IMG/VR virus record: IMGVR_UViG_3300037400_003675
Location: 276-64,275 of that record
From: a virus
Taxonomy: Duplodnaviria; Caudoviricetes
DNA: 64,000 nucleotides
Reading direction: 5' to 3' (one strand)
Shown: one piece after another, positions 18,764 through 26,869 of the stretch
How positions within the stretch are numbered: the stretch's first letter is position 1
Layout of the letters: every line of letters starts with the position of its first letter
Notes under the pieces: generated by a model
Database searches by the model: none
What the model was told of the DNA's origin: nothing
Seen by the model: the letters and a program-made list of their open reading frames with translations, nothing else
Program-made: the position numbers and the translations under genes

Positions 18764-18990
18764 ATGTGCGACGTGATTATCTGCAGGATAAAGCCCCAGA
18801 AGGCAACCACCGCTCCGATAAGTGCGACTCCGGCCCCAATATGCCCGATGCGCAGGAACCGGTATGCTTCCGGCACCGGAGCATCGAAAGCCAGGATTGT
18901 AATTGATGTGATTGCGATAGTGGTGAGGCCGAGGGCCACCAAGACCACACCGATGCGCAGCAGGAACTCGCAGATTCTGGATAGTTTCAT
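18760..18990 (-). CDS. Small two-TM membrane protein
   Basis: 76 aa with two hydrophobic helices and ATGA overlaps. Confidence 0.65.
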   Translation of the reverse strand: MKLSRICEFLLRIGVVLVALGLTTIAITSITILAFDAPVPEAYRFLRIGHIGAGVALIGAVVAFWGFILQIITSHI

Positions 18991-19250
18991 TTTGCTTCCT
19001 CCTTGATAAATACGCCCTTGAGTTCTCCGTCTTTCTGGGTGAAACCGACTATATATTCTTTTGGGTAATAGCGGCAGGCAGACGTGATTTCTGCCACGGT
19101 CGCTTCGTCCAGTTCGATAGGTAAGACCTTCAAATCTTCTGCAACGTCCTTCACCAGATCGCCGCTACTTACATAATAGTTTGAGCGTTCTGAACGGCCG
19201 TATTCTATAAGAGCCGTGATTTGTTCCTTGTTTAGAAAGTATGCTTTCAT
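18987..19250 (-). CDS. Hypothetical protein (start MKAYFLNK)
   Basis: Preceded by the AGGAGGACTAACA-ATG junction motif. Confidence 0.65.
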   Translation of the reverse strand: MKAYFLNKEQITALIEYGRSERSNYYVSSGDLVKDVAEDLKVLPIELDEATVAEITSACRYYPKEYIVGFTQKDGELKGVFIKEEAK

Positions 19251-19252
19251 TG

Positions 19253-19675
19253 TTAGTCCTCCTTTACTATTATGATTTTCAGCCAATCTCCACGCTTCGC
19301 AGTAAATAGGCACCGCTGGGTGCTATCAATGAGCCGAAGGTCTTTTTCTTTGCCAACAACTTGACAATCCACCGCCTTCCTCCTGAAAGCATCCCAATCC
19401 ACGGAAGTACTACAAGTTGTAGTAGGTTCTTTATAGTCAGGGTTGGGGACGAGGAAAAGGTCGCGAGCGCTTTGTTGGCCACGGATATATACCCCGTTCG
19501 TGTGGAATGTTCCCACCTCCTCATCCCGCCCGTCTCCGAGCAAAGCAACGATGGGCTCCACTCCTTTTCTATCCCAGCAGACAATCCTTACGGGGCAGCC
19601 ATCCCTCGTTTCTACAAGATACTTCCCGGCCTCAATTTCGGGGCGGCGCTTGATGTCAAAAGGTATTCTTTCCAT
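19253..19675 (-). CDS. Hypothetical protein (paralogue of 12380-12928)
   Basis: Start MERIPF; IPFD...TR.G.P.RIVCWD...DLFLVPN shared with the paralogue. Confidence 0.7.
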   Translation of the reverse strand: MERIPFDIKRRPEIEAGKYLVETRDGCPVRIVCWDRKGVEPIVALLGDGRDEEVGTFHTNGVYIRGQQSARDLFLVPNPDYKEPTTTCSTSVDWDAFRRKAVDCQVVGKEKDLRLIDSTQRCLFTAKRGDWLKIIIVKED

Positions 19676-19724
19676 CGTTAGTCCTCCTTCTTGAGACACG
19701 ATATGATTAGTTTCTCGCCATCAG

Positions 19725-19871
19725 TCATACCCACTTCTCCCCATTAAAAGTTAACTTCCGAGGATGAGCCTCGCCATTATAATACTCCATAACCCATTCT
19801 TCATCACCCTTCTGGGGTTTCGTGTGCAGAATAGGAACCCTGTATCCGGCAGGTGTTTCAAAAAAATCCAT
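19725..19871 (-). CDS. 48-aa hypothetical protein (MDFFETPAGY...), followed by a coupled 16-codon ORF at 19678-19728
   Basis: Manual translation; preceded by AGGAGGACTAACG-ATG. Confidence 0.55.
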   Translation of the reverse strand: MDFFETPAGYRVPILHTKPQKGDEEWVMEYYNGEAHPRKLTFNGEKWV

Positions 19872-19889
19872 CGTTAGTCCTCCTCAGTT

Positions 19890-20519
19890 CTATTTAATCA
19901 AGTCAAATGAATAAACCCACACGAAGGGGTTGCTCTCCCAAGTGCCCCGGCCTGAAACCTTGTCAATGAGGAAGGCGAAAGCCTCTCGTGCGGTTTTCCC
20001 ACGTAGCCAGTAGCGAAAGCCGGTTTCTGGGATGTAGTTCACGTAGTACGACTGTGAACCGTGACACCACTCGATGCCTTCGCGCATACAGTCCTCTTCC
20101 GTGATGTCTTGCAGATGCTCTAACTTAATATCGGTGATTCGGATGCGATGCGGCATGACTGCGGCCTGGACAAACATCTTATTGTCCCACGCTTTTCCGG
20201 TAATCATATCACCAAGACCACCTTTCCGCTTGCTCAAATCAGCTTTCGTGAAGATTTGGCTATACTTCTGGGCAATAGCAATCACTTCTCCGACATCGTA
20301 TCTCGGAACCAGTTTCATCCATTCGGCTACTCCGTCCATTTCCCTGTTCGGTTCGCCCACATAGGCGTAACTCTTAATCTTCCGGTCATCGTCCATCACG
20401 GTGGTGACTATCCCTTTCCTATCGAGCATTTCTGGGATAATCCTCCGTGTCATCGTCTTCCGTCCTTCCAGAACGGCCGTCGTGAGACCATAGCGGTCAT
20501 TGAACATTATCTTTTGCAT
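19890..20519 (-). CDS. ASCH/PUA-like domain protein
   Basis: IMF...AVLEGRKTMTRR N-terminus and WESNPFVWVYSF C-terminus. Confidence 0.65.
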   Translation of the reverse strand: MQKIMFNDRYGLTTAVLEGRKTMTRRIIPEMLDRKGIVTTVMDDDRKIKSYAYVGEPNREMDGVAEWMKLVPRYDVGEVIAIAQKYSQIFTKADLSKRKGGLGDMITGKAWDNKMFVQAAVMPHRIRITDIKLEHLQDITEEDCMREGIEWCHGSQSYYVNYIPETGFRYWLRGKTAREAFAFLIDKVSGRGTWESNPFVWVYSFDLIK

Positions 20520-20553
20520 ATCAGCCTAATTTGATGTTATACCTATGGGCTGT

Positions 20554-20916
20554 TCATTCCTTATTGCGGATACCTTCGGTCTTGCTGACGATATATTCGT
20601 TGAGGAGCTGGAGTGTGTTGCCCGGCAGATCCTTCACGGACGGGTTCTGCTCGATGGCAGAATCGACCACCTTCCCTCCTACCATAAAGAGATATGTTTC
20701 TTTGCTGGGAACAAAGCATACGGCTAAAAAGCCGATAATGAGGCCAGCGAACACCCACTTGCAAAATTTTCTATTTTCTTTGTTGTCTTGGCAATTCGGG
20801 TCATCGCAGATTGCGGAGAAAACGATAAGAAGTGCCACTACGGAGATGACCATTAAGATTATCCCGATTAAATGCAGCGCCTCAAAGACTTGGGCGAGAT
20901 AAAAGATTTTTTCCAT
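20554..20916 (-). CDS. Membrane protein
   Basis: 120 aa with two TM segments. Confidence 0.7.
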   Translation of the reverse strand: MEKIFYLAQVFEALHLIGIILMVISVVALLIVFSAICDDPNCQDNKENRKFCKWVFAGLIIGFLAVCFVPSKETYLFMVGGKVVDSAIEQNPSVKDLPGNTLQLLNEYIVSKTEGIRNKE

Positions 20917-20991
20917 ATAGAAATCAATAGAAATTGTTAAAAATCTATAAGTTTATATTGTTTTGCTATTCCGTTGAATTGTTCTCATGTT

Positions 20992-21642
20992 CTATAACTT
21001 CTCGAGTTGTTCATAAAGATCCGTCAAGGAATTCCAAGCATCAGAACCTTTCTCTACCTTCATAATACCCCTTCTCAAACCTTGAAAATGGTCCTCACGG
21101 GGTTTCCAGTGAGGCTGTTGAATCCCATCCTCGCTGGGCTTCCAACGAAATCGCTCCGCGAATTGAATCCCATCTTGCCTGCCTCGCTCATATTCACGAT
21201 TCCCAAACTTTATGAAATCCTCTTTTGATAAGCCGGGTTGAGGGTTAAATCTTTCGGGAAGGGATTTGAGCCAGTCCAATGTTCCAATCCTATGTGGATT
21301 TTGTTCGTCTTTGAATGTTTCTTTTATTGCATATTCACAGTTTTCAATAGCGTGTCTATCCTTTTCGCTCCACTCTGCGGGTTTCTGCTTATCTAGGTAG
21401 GCGAGCCACTTTTGGCACATACTTGCTGATGGCATAGATTTGACGGAGCCATTTGCTACATTACATAGGAAAGCGGACAGTTCCTTCCTTATCTTCTCGT
21501 CCGTTGCCCTTGTCAGCTCCTCCTCGCTCTCCCGCAGTTCGGGAAAGATGCCGTAAATCATCTCTTTACGGCCTGCGTTTGAGCCGCAGTCTATGATAGC
21601 CTGCCTTGCCCTCTCAAGGGCTTTTTTGTAATCACCTTCCAT
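20992..21642 (-). CDS. Modular hypothetical protein (paralogue of 11688-12377)
   Basis: Shares an approximately 111-bp module and WSE.D / HWKP repeats. Confidence 0.7.
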   Translation of the reverse strand: MEGDYKKALERARQAIIDCGSNAGRKEMIYGIFPELRESEEELTRATDEKIRKELSAFLCNVANGSVKSMPSASMCQKWLAYLDKQKPAEWSEKDRHAIENCEYAIKETFKDEQNPHRIGTLDWLKSLPERFNPQPGLSKEDFIKFGNREYERGRQDGIQFAERFRWKPSEDGIQQPHWKPREDHFQGLRRGIMKVEKGSDAWNSLTDLYEQLEKL

Positions 21643-21644
21643 AA

Positions 21645-22010
21645 CTATATTAGATTTTCAAGACAATATTTTATTGCAGCATCACAGGCTTTTTCGTAAG
21701 AAGAAGATAAAGTGGCCCCATCAAAATCTACACAGCATAAGTTCTCGTCTTTGAAGATACACACATTATATTTCCTGCGAAACATACTTGGCGTAATTAC
21801 TATATCAATCGTATGCACTTCCCTCAGCCACTTTCTTGCCATTTGAAGAGTGGGAATCCGTAAAGCATCTTTTCTGTATGGCAGGTCATTAATGTCTGCC
21901 GGAGCGAAACAGTTATCATTCATAAGGTAGCTTCTATGCACTTCCCAATCAAACCCCTTCTCTTTAAGGAGTTTCGCGGTTTCAAAGGAAACATAATCTT
22001 CTTTAATCAT
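21645..22010 (-). CDS. Hypothetical protein
   Basis: EDYVSFETAKLLKEKGFD family pattern common in Bacteroidota phages. Confidence 0.7.
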   Translation of the reverse strand: MIKEDYVSFETAKLLKEKGFDWEVHRSYLMNDNCFAPADINDLPYRKDALRIPTLQMARKWLREVHTIDIVITPSMFRRKYNVCIFKDENLCCVDFDGATLSSSYEKACDAAIKYCLENLI

Positions 22011-22012
22011 AA

Positions 22013-22381
22013 CTATACTTTCTTGATTAAGAGTTCAACTTCAATCGGGTCGTCCTTGAAGGACAGCTCGCCGAACTCCCCATTAGGATGAACAATCTCC
22101 AACATCTCCATTGTAGCAATACCCCAAGTGCCTGACTCTGTGTCAAAGATTGGCTCGCCATCACCGCACTCGGAGGAGAAGAAGTGCAGTGTTCCATCTT
22201 CATCCCTTGCCACATAGCCCCTTATCTTCGGGAGGGAATTGATTTCGGTAAGAGCTTTGATGTAGCCTTCACGCTTTGGCGCATTATTATCATATTCAAA
22301 TTTGCCGAAAGCCGTCATTGCAACCCCGCCCTCTTTAGGATAAGCGGCCAAGGCTCTTTCATTTATTTCTTCTTGTGCCAT
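22013..22381 (-). CDS. Hypothetical protein (paralogue of 12931-13188)
   Basis: Shared N- and C-terminal motifs; identical 33 bp at the 3' end. Confidence 0.75.
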   Translation of the reverse strand: MAQEEINERALAAYPKEGGVAMTAFGKFEYDNNAPKREGYIKALTEINSLPKIRGYVARDEDGTLHFFSSECGDGEPIFDTESGTWGIATMEMLEIVHPNGEFGELSFKDDPIEVELLIKKV

Positions 22382-22418
22382 ATCAGTTCTCAGTTAATGG
22401 TTGTTGCTCGGGTGAAGA

Positions 22419-22970
22419 TTATCGGCACTTCTCGACAACCTTGATTCCGTGAGGGCAGAATTGTTTAATCATCCCGAGCACGAGGCTTGCCGACATCCCG
22501 CTGTGCCCCTGATTGTCAAACGCCTTTTTAGCCATTTCGACTCGGTCTTCAAGGCAGACGGATTCCTCTCGCATTATCTTGCAAATGTCGAGGGTTGCAT
22601 CGAGTTCCATCCCGTGATATAAGTCACCGAGTCGGATGGGGACTATTTCATCCCAGAGCGGGTATTGGCTTTCAAGGATAACGCCCCTTGCATCCTTCTT
22701 GTACTTCTCTATCTTTTCCGGCATAGAGGCAAGGCATTCTTCTTCCTTGCGCATATATTCTTCTTTCTTGGTTTTTTGCTGGGCGTCGAATTCGGATTTT
22801 GTGAGACCCGTCACCTTCTCATATGCTTGGTCCAAGGTGTCGGTGGAATATAATACCTTGCCATTAAAGTCACCATAGCATGTCTTTCCGCAATCGGCGC
22901 TGGATGTGAGGAGTTTCTTCCAAGCGTCCGTAACCGTATCTCCTACACAAAATAATACAAGTTGTTTCAT
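22419..22970 (-). CDS. Hypothetical protein
   Basis: 183-aa ORF in the operon. Confidence 0.7.
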   Translation of the reverse strand: MKQLVLFCVGDTVTDAWKKLLTSSADCGKTCYGDFNGKVLYSTDTLDQAYEKVTGLTKSEFDAQQKTKKEEYMRKEEECLASMPEKIEKYKKDARGVILESQYPLWDEIVPIRLGDLYHGMELDATLDICKIMREESVCLEDRVEMAKKAFDNQGHSGMSASLVLGMIKQFCPHGIKVVEKCR

Positions 22971-23004
22971 ATCAAAATCTTTTAATCGTTACCTCCTTAT
23001 CAAC

Positions 23005-23475
23005 TCAAGGACGAAGGCCCAAACGAGGGTCGCGGCCCGTGATGGTGAAACCGAACGCAATCATATCCTTCTTGCCCTCAATGCACAGCAAATTAACGAC
23101 CGGTTCATGTATAAAATCCGCGTTTTTCGTCAGCACCTGGCATCGTACGCCTTTGGTGATCGCGTACCTGATGCATCGCCCATTCAGCTCCCTCGTTTCC
23201 GGAATCATCGGATCGCTGGAGAAGGTGAAGAAGAGGCTGGACTTGCGGAGTTCGTCAAGATTCTCGTGGAGTTCTTTCTTGAACACCTCGTAGGCGTGTT
23301 CCTCGTCCTTGAAACACGACTTCAACTTGGCGACAGGACCACCCATCGCGTGAGAGAGCAAGCCCTTCTTGCAATAGCAATAGGAGCAGTTGTTGCTGCA
23401 TCCCACATAGAGGTTGCAGGCCCATTCGGCGTATTCGCCAGCCTTGCCCTTCGGCTTATAGATTGCTTTACTCAT
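23005..23475 (-). pseudogene. Radical SAM protein, apparently C-terminally truncated
   Basis: CSNNCSYC (CxxxCxxC) motif, but only 156 aa and it ends abruptly after GFTITGRD. Confidence 0.6.
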
Positions 23476-23477
23476 AG

Positions 23478-25511
23478 TTAATCCTGCGGTTTATAGAATC
23501 CCTGGAAACGGACAAGTCCGTCATTGTATTCCGGAGAGTGGATAAGTCCGTCTCCGTGTCCCGCGAGAGCCTCTGCGCCCTCGGTGTCGAGTACTACCTT
23601 GGAGTCCAGTCCTTTCGGCACCCTGAAGCAGATCTGCACCGGGAGGTTTACCTTGATGTCGCCGGGAATGGTTTTAACCGAAGCCCTCTGCGTGGCTGCG
23701 ACAAAGCGGAATCCCGCCGAGCGGCCTTTCTGCAGCAGCATCTTGAAGTTCTCCATAAGGGACTTCTCCCCGGGTTCAAGTTCCCTTTGCCCGCGAGCCT
23801 GGTCCGCAGCATCGGCAAACTCGTCAAAGATGACAAGCGATAGGTGCTTTAGGCGCATCCTTACCCGTTCGTTCATATCAACCACCATGTCAGCCAGGGC
23901 CCGCTCAATATCTTCGATGTCGGAAAGGACTCGGACATTCTTCGGGAGCCATGCCATGGCGAACTCATATTTCGGGTCGAGGATGGTTATGTCCTGAATG
24001 CCGGCTTGGATGGCATCAAAGAGTATGGTGAACAGCTGGACGGACTTTCCCGAGCCGGTAGCGCCGCACACGAGCAAATGAGGGGTGGTGTTGTTGTCCA
24101 GGTCCCACACGATCACGTTGCGGAAGTTGTCCATGCCCAGGGCGAGCTTGTGGCCCTTGGTGTATTTGGCATCCCAGAGCAGGGGCTCGCAGTCCTTCTT
24201 CTTCGTCACCTCTATGGCGAGGTAGGACTTACCCTCGTACATCACCAGCGGTTCGCCCTGGATGCGCACCCTCGGCACGTCAAGGGCGTTGGCTATGTCG
24301 AGCGAATGCCTGAAGATGGAGAGCAGCTCCACGCCGGGAGCGACCTCGCAGAGATAGGTGTTGCAGGAGAATCCCTCTATGAAGTGGGCGACCTGCACCT
24401 TGATGTTGAAAGTACGCAGAACGTGTTCTATTTTTTCCTGTGGTGTCATATTGGAGTGTGAATAATCAAGTGTGATGAATGCGGCGGCGTTCTTGCGGAA
24501 GGTGGTTATGGCCTTCGGGGCGATGGAGCCTATGGAGGAATCCTTTATCTTGCGCTGCCGCTTGGCTATGAGTTCCCTCTTCTCCTCCGGCACATACTCG
24601 AAGTCCTCTATCTCCGAGATCTGCGTCCTTGCCCAGAAGTCATAGAGGACGGCCATGTCGGTGAAGTTGTCGCTCGGGTTGATGGTATATATGTAGTCAG
24701 GGTCGGATACCGCCTCCAGCATCCGTCGCAGCGGCTCATAGAGCAGGGCCTCGAACAGCCTGCGGTTGTCGGCATCCATAGTGAAGACGTGCTTGCGCAT
24801 CTGGGCGCTTCCGTCCTTGTTCTTGGTAATCTTGTTCTCTATGAACCACACCTCCGAGACGCGGTCTCCCTTGTGGGCCGCCTCCCAGCCGAGGACGTAG
24901 GTTATCGCCTGCTGTCCGTGTGCCAGGGCCAGCTCCTTCTCTTCGGTGTACGCGCTCTTGCTCTTGTGGTCTATCACCACGATGCGCCCGTCCTTGAGTT
25001 CCACCACGAGGTCTATGACGCAATGCAGCGGCAGGGGAATGTCCACGCCGTTGACCGTCACCCAGGCGTCGTAGCGCACCTCCACGTCCAGCACCTTGGC
25101 GATGTCATCGGTATAGGTGCTCACCTCGGCGCAGAACGATTCAAGGAGGTTGTTCACGACGCGGTCGGCCTCGGCCCTCGCCTGCTCCACGGAAGGGAAC
25201 TTGTTGGAGAGCCGCCATTCGTTCGCCGGCACCTCGTCGAGATAGTCGTAGGCGATCTTCGTAAGGTCCACCACCGCCGGGGCGGAGCCCTCCGTATAAG
25301 CGGAGAAATACTCCTTCAGCGCCTCGTGGTATGCGTTCCCCGCGATGGATGCGATGCTGCGGGTGTCTTTCTCCCGATAGACATACTGCATCTCGAATGC
25401 CTTCTCGTTGCGGGCAAAGCAAGACACGCCGGAGAAAGACCAACTATCTACGAGATAATTGGAGAAGTGTTCCTCCAGCTCTTCCGGCGTGTATTTCGCG
25501 TACTTGTTCAT
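23478..25511 (-). CDS. PD-(D/E)XK exonuclease fused to an FtsK/SpoIIIE ATPase
   Basis: N-terminal IDLV...IDHKS...QAITY nuclease motifs. C-terminal PHLLVCGATGSGKS, IFDEFAD and GRSAG...ATQR FtsK motifs. Confidence 0.85.
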   Translation of the reverse strand: MNKYAKYTPEELEEHFSNYLVDSWSFSGVSCFARNEKAFEMQYVYREKDTRSIASIAGNAYHEALKEYFSAYTEGSAPAVVDLTKIAYDYLDEVPANEWRLSNKFPSVEQARAEADRVVNNLLESFCAEVSTYTDDIAKVLDVEVRYDAWVTVNGVDIPLPLHCVIDLVVELKDGRIVVIDHKSKSAYTEEKELALAHGQQAITYVLGWEAAHKGDRVSEVWFIENKITKNKDGSAQMRKHVFTMDADNRRLFEALLYEPLRRMLEAVSDPDYIYTINPSDNFTDMAVLYDFWARTQISEIEDFEYVPEEKRELIAKRQRKIKDSSIGSIAPKAITTFRKNAAAFITLDYSHSNMTPQEKIEHVLRTFNIKVQVAHFIEGFSCNTYLCEVAPGVELLSIFRHSLDIANALDVPRVRIQGEPLVMYEGKSYLAIEVTKKKDCEPLLWDAKYTKGHKLALGMDNFRNVIVWDLDNNTTPHLLVCGATGSGKSVQLFTILFDAIQAGIQDITILDPKYEFAMAWLPKNVRVLSDIEDIERALADMVVDMNERVRMRLKHLSLVIFDEFADAADQARGQRELEPGEKSLMENFKMLLQKGRSAGFRFVAATQRASVKTIPGDIKVNLPVQICFRVPKGLDSKVVLDTEGAEALAGHGDGLIHSPEYNDGLVRFQGFYKPQD

Positions 25512-25512
25512 A

Positions 25513-26457
25513 TTACATCAGTTCGGGTGCCTTGCTGCCTTTCTGCCGCAGTTCTTCCTTCCTTGCGTCCACGATGACCGCGGCCTGCTGCTCATCGGTG
25601 GTGCCATCGACATATTCGGGGTTGCCCTGGTCGTCGATCACGCCCTGGTCGGTGCGGATTGCGTCCTTCAACTGGGCGATACCCGGCTGCTCCACGGAGA
25701 GGGGCGCATACTTGGAGAGAAGGAGTTTCACCACGGTCTTGGTGGCCATCGCATCGAAGTCGGTGTTCCACTTGGAAGAGGCCCTGACCTTGTCGTAGGA
25801 GGACGAGAAGGTCTGCGAGTAGCGCTTCGCGTGTTCGCGCACCTCGTCCACGGACATATAGTGCGTCTTTTGGAAGCCGTTGAGCAGCTTGAAGTAGGCG
25901 AAGTACCCGATTACCTTGTCGGATACCTTCTTGCCGGAGAAATCAGGCTCTCCGGACTTCTTGTCGATGCCGGCCAGCTCTCCCTCATAGACGGGGCCGG
26001 CGTTGATGTGCTCGAACAGGCCGCTGCGCTGGGCGAGCTGCACGAATCCCTTCCAGCCGATCTGGAACTGGGCCTCCTGCACCTGCGTGGCGACCTCCAC
26101 CTCCTTCTCGATGGGAGCGCCGCCCCTGGGGTCGGCTATGTGCTGCAATTCCTTCGCCCTCTTGGTGTTCTTGTAGGGGATGATGTACGCGAAGCCGAGG
26201 TTGGGATCAAGGGGCAGGCCCAGGGCCGTTGCCTTGGTGGCGGCATACACGAGCGATGTCGGGGTGCACGCCTGGAGTTTCACGTCGTTGCCGACCACGG
26301 CGAGGAGGTTGTTCACGAACTGCTCCTTGCGGGAGCCGAGTACGGTGCCGAGATACTTCTGCATATCGGAGTTCATGATGGCGCGGTTGAACCTCGCCAG
26401 ATTGGAAGTGCCGTCCCTCTGCGTCACCGGGGCGACGAGTATTTCTTTGTTTTCCAT
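25513..26457 (-). CDS. recT: RecT/Red-beta single-strand annealing protein
   Basis: Start MENKEIL; ATALGLPLDPNLGFAYIIPY, FQIGWKGFVQLAQRSG and MATKTV motifs. Confidence 0.92.
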   Translation of the reverse strand: MENKEILVAPVTQRDGTSNLARFNRAIMNSDMQKYLGTVLGSRKEQFVNNLLAVVGNDVKLQACTPTSLVYAATKATALGLPLDPNLGFAYIIPYKNTKRAKELQHIADPRGGAPIEKEVEVATQVQEAQFQIGWKGFVQLAQRSGLFEHINAGPVYEGELAGIDKKSGEPDFSGKKVSDKVIGYFAYFKLLNGFQKTHYMSVDEVREHAKRYSQTFSSSYDKVRASSKWNTDFDAMATKTVVKLLLSKYAPLSVEQPGIAQLKDAIRTDQGVIDDQGNPEYVDGTTDEQQAAVIVDARKEELRQKGSKAPELM

Positions 26458-26484
26458 GATGATAATAGTGTTTGTATTTTCTTG

Positions 26485-26685
26485 TGGAAGTTGGAGGATT
26501 CGGACCCCTATCCTTCGGGTATGTGTTGTCAAAGAGGGGGCGGCGGGCTAATTCCGTTTCATATGCGCGTGCGTCCTGCCGGTAGGCCACCTCGTATCGT
26601 CCCTGTTCGCTCCTGCCCCCTCTCCGGCGCTTTTGAATTATTGTTTTACTTTACCCTATGCTCAACCAATTAAGCTTCAACTTCC
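26485..26685 (-). ncRNA. tRNA-shaped RNA with a 134-nt anticodon-loop insert
   Basis: Acceptor GGAAGTTG/CAACTTCC, D-arm GCTT-AATTGGTT-GAGC, anticodon stem TAGGG/CCCGA, T-arm GGGG-TCCGAAT-CCTC. Confidence 0.7.
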
Positions 26686-26760
26686 AAATACCCCGGACAA
26701 GCCGGGGCTGATGACTAATGATAAATTTGCTAAAGCTGCCTACGCATCGCTGCGGTGACT

Positions 26761-26860
26761 TGGTTCCGGGCGAGGGAGTTCAACCCTCTTCTCCTGCGGC
26801 GTGTTTTATTGACTGCGTGTTTGCCCCGCCCAGGCGTTGTTACCGTTACACCAGCCCGGA
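26761..26860 (-). ncRNA. tRNA-shaped RNA with encoded CCA and a 34-nt expanded anticodon loop
   Basis: Acceptor TCCGGGC/GCCCGGA plus A-CCA, D-arm GTGT-AACGGTA-ACAA, T-arm GAGGG-TTGAACT-CCCTC. Confidence 0.75.
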
Positions 26861-26869
26861 AATATTTCA

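Noticed and set aside
26780-26825. GCA AAC ... GCC GCA (ANTQSIKHAA) in tRNA-like RNA 1, resembling a tmRNA tag
   Set aside because: No stop follows the AA, there is no G3-U70 alanine determinant and no pseudoknots; probably coincidence.
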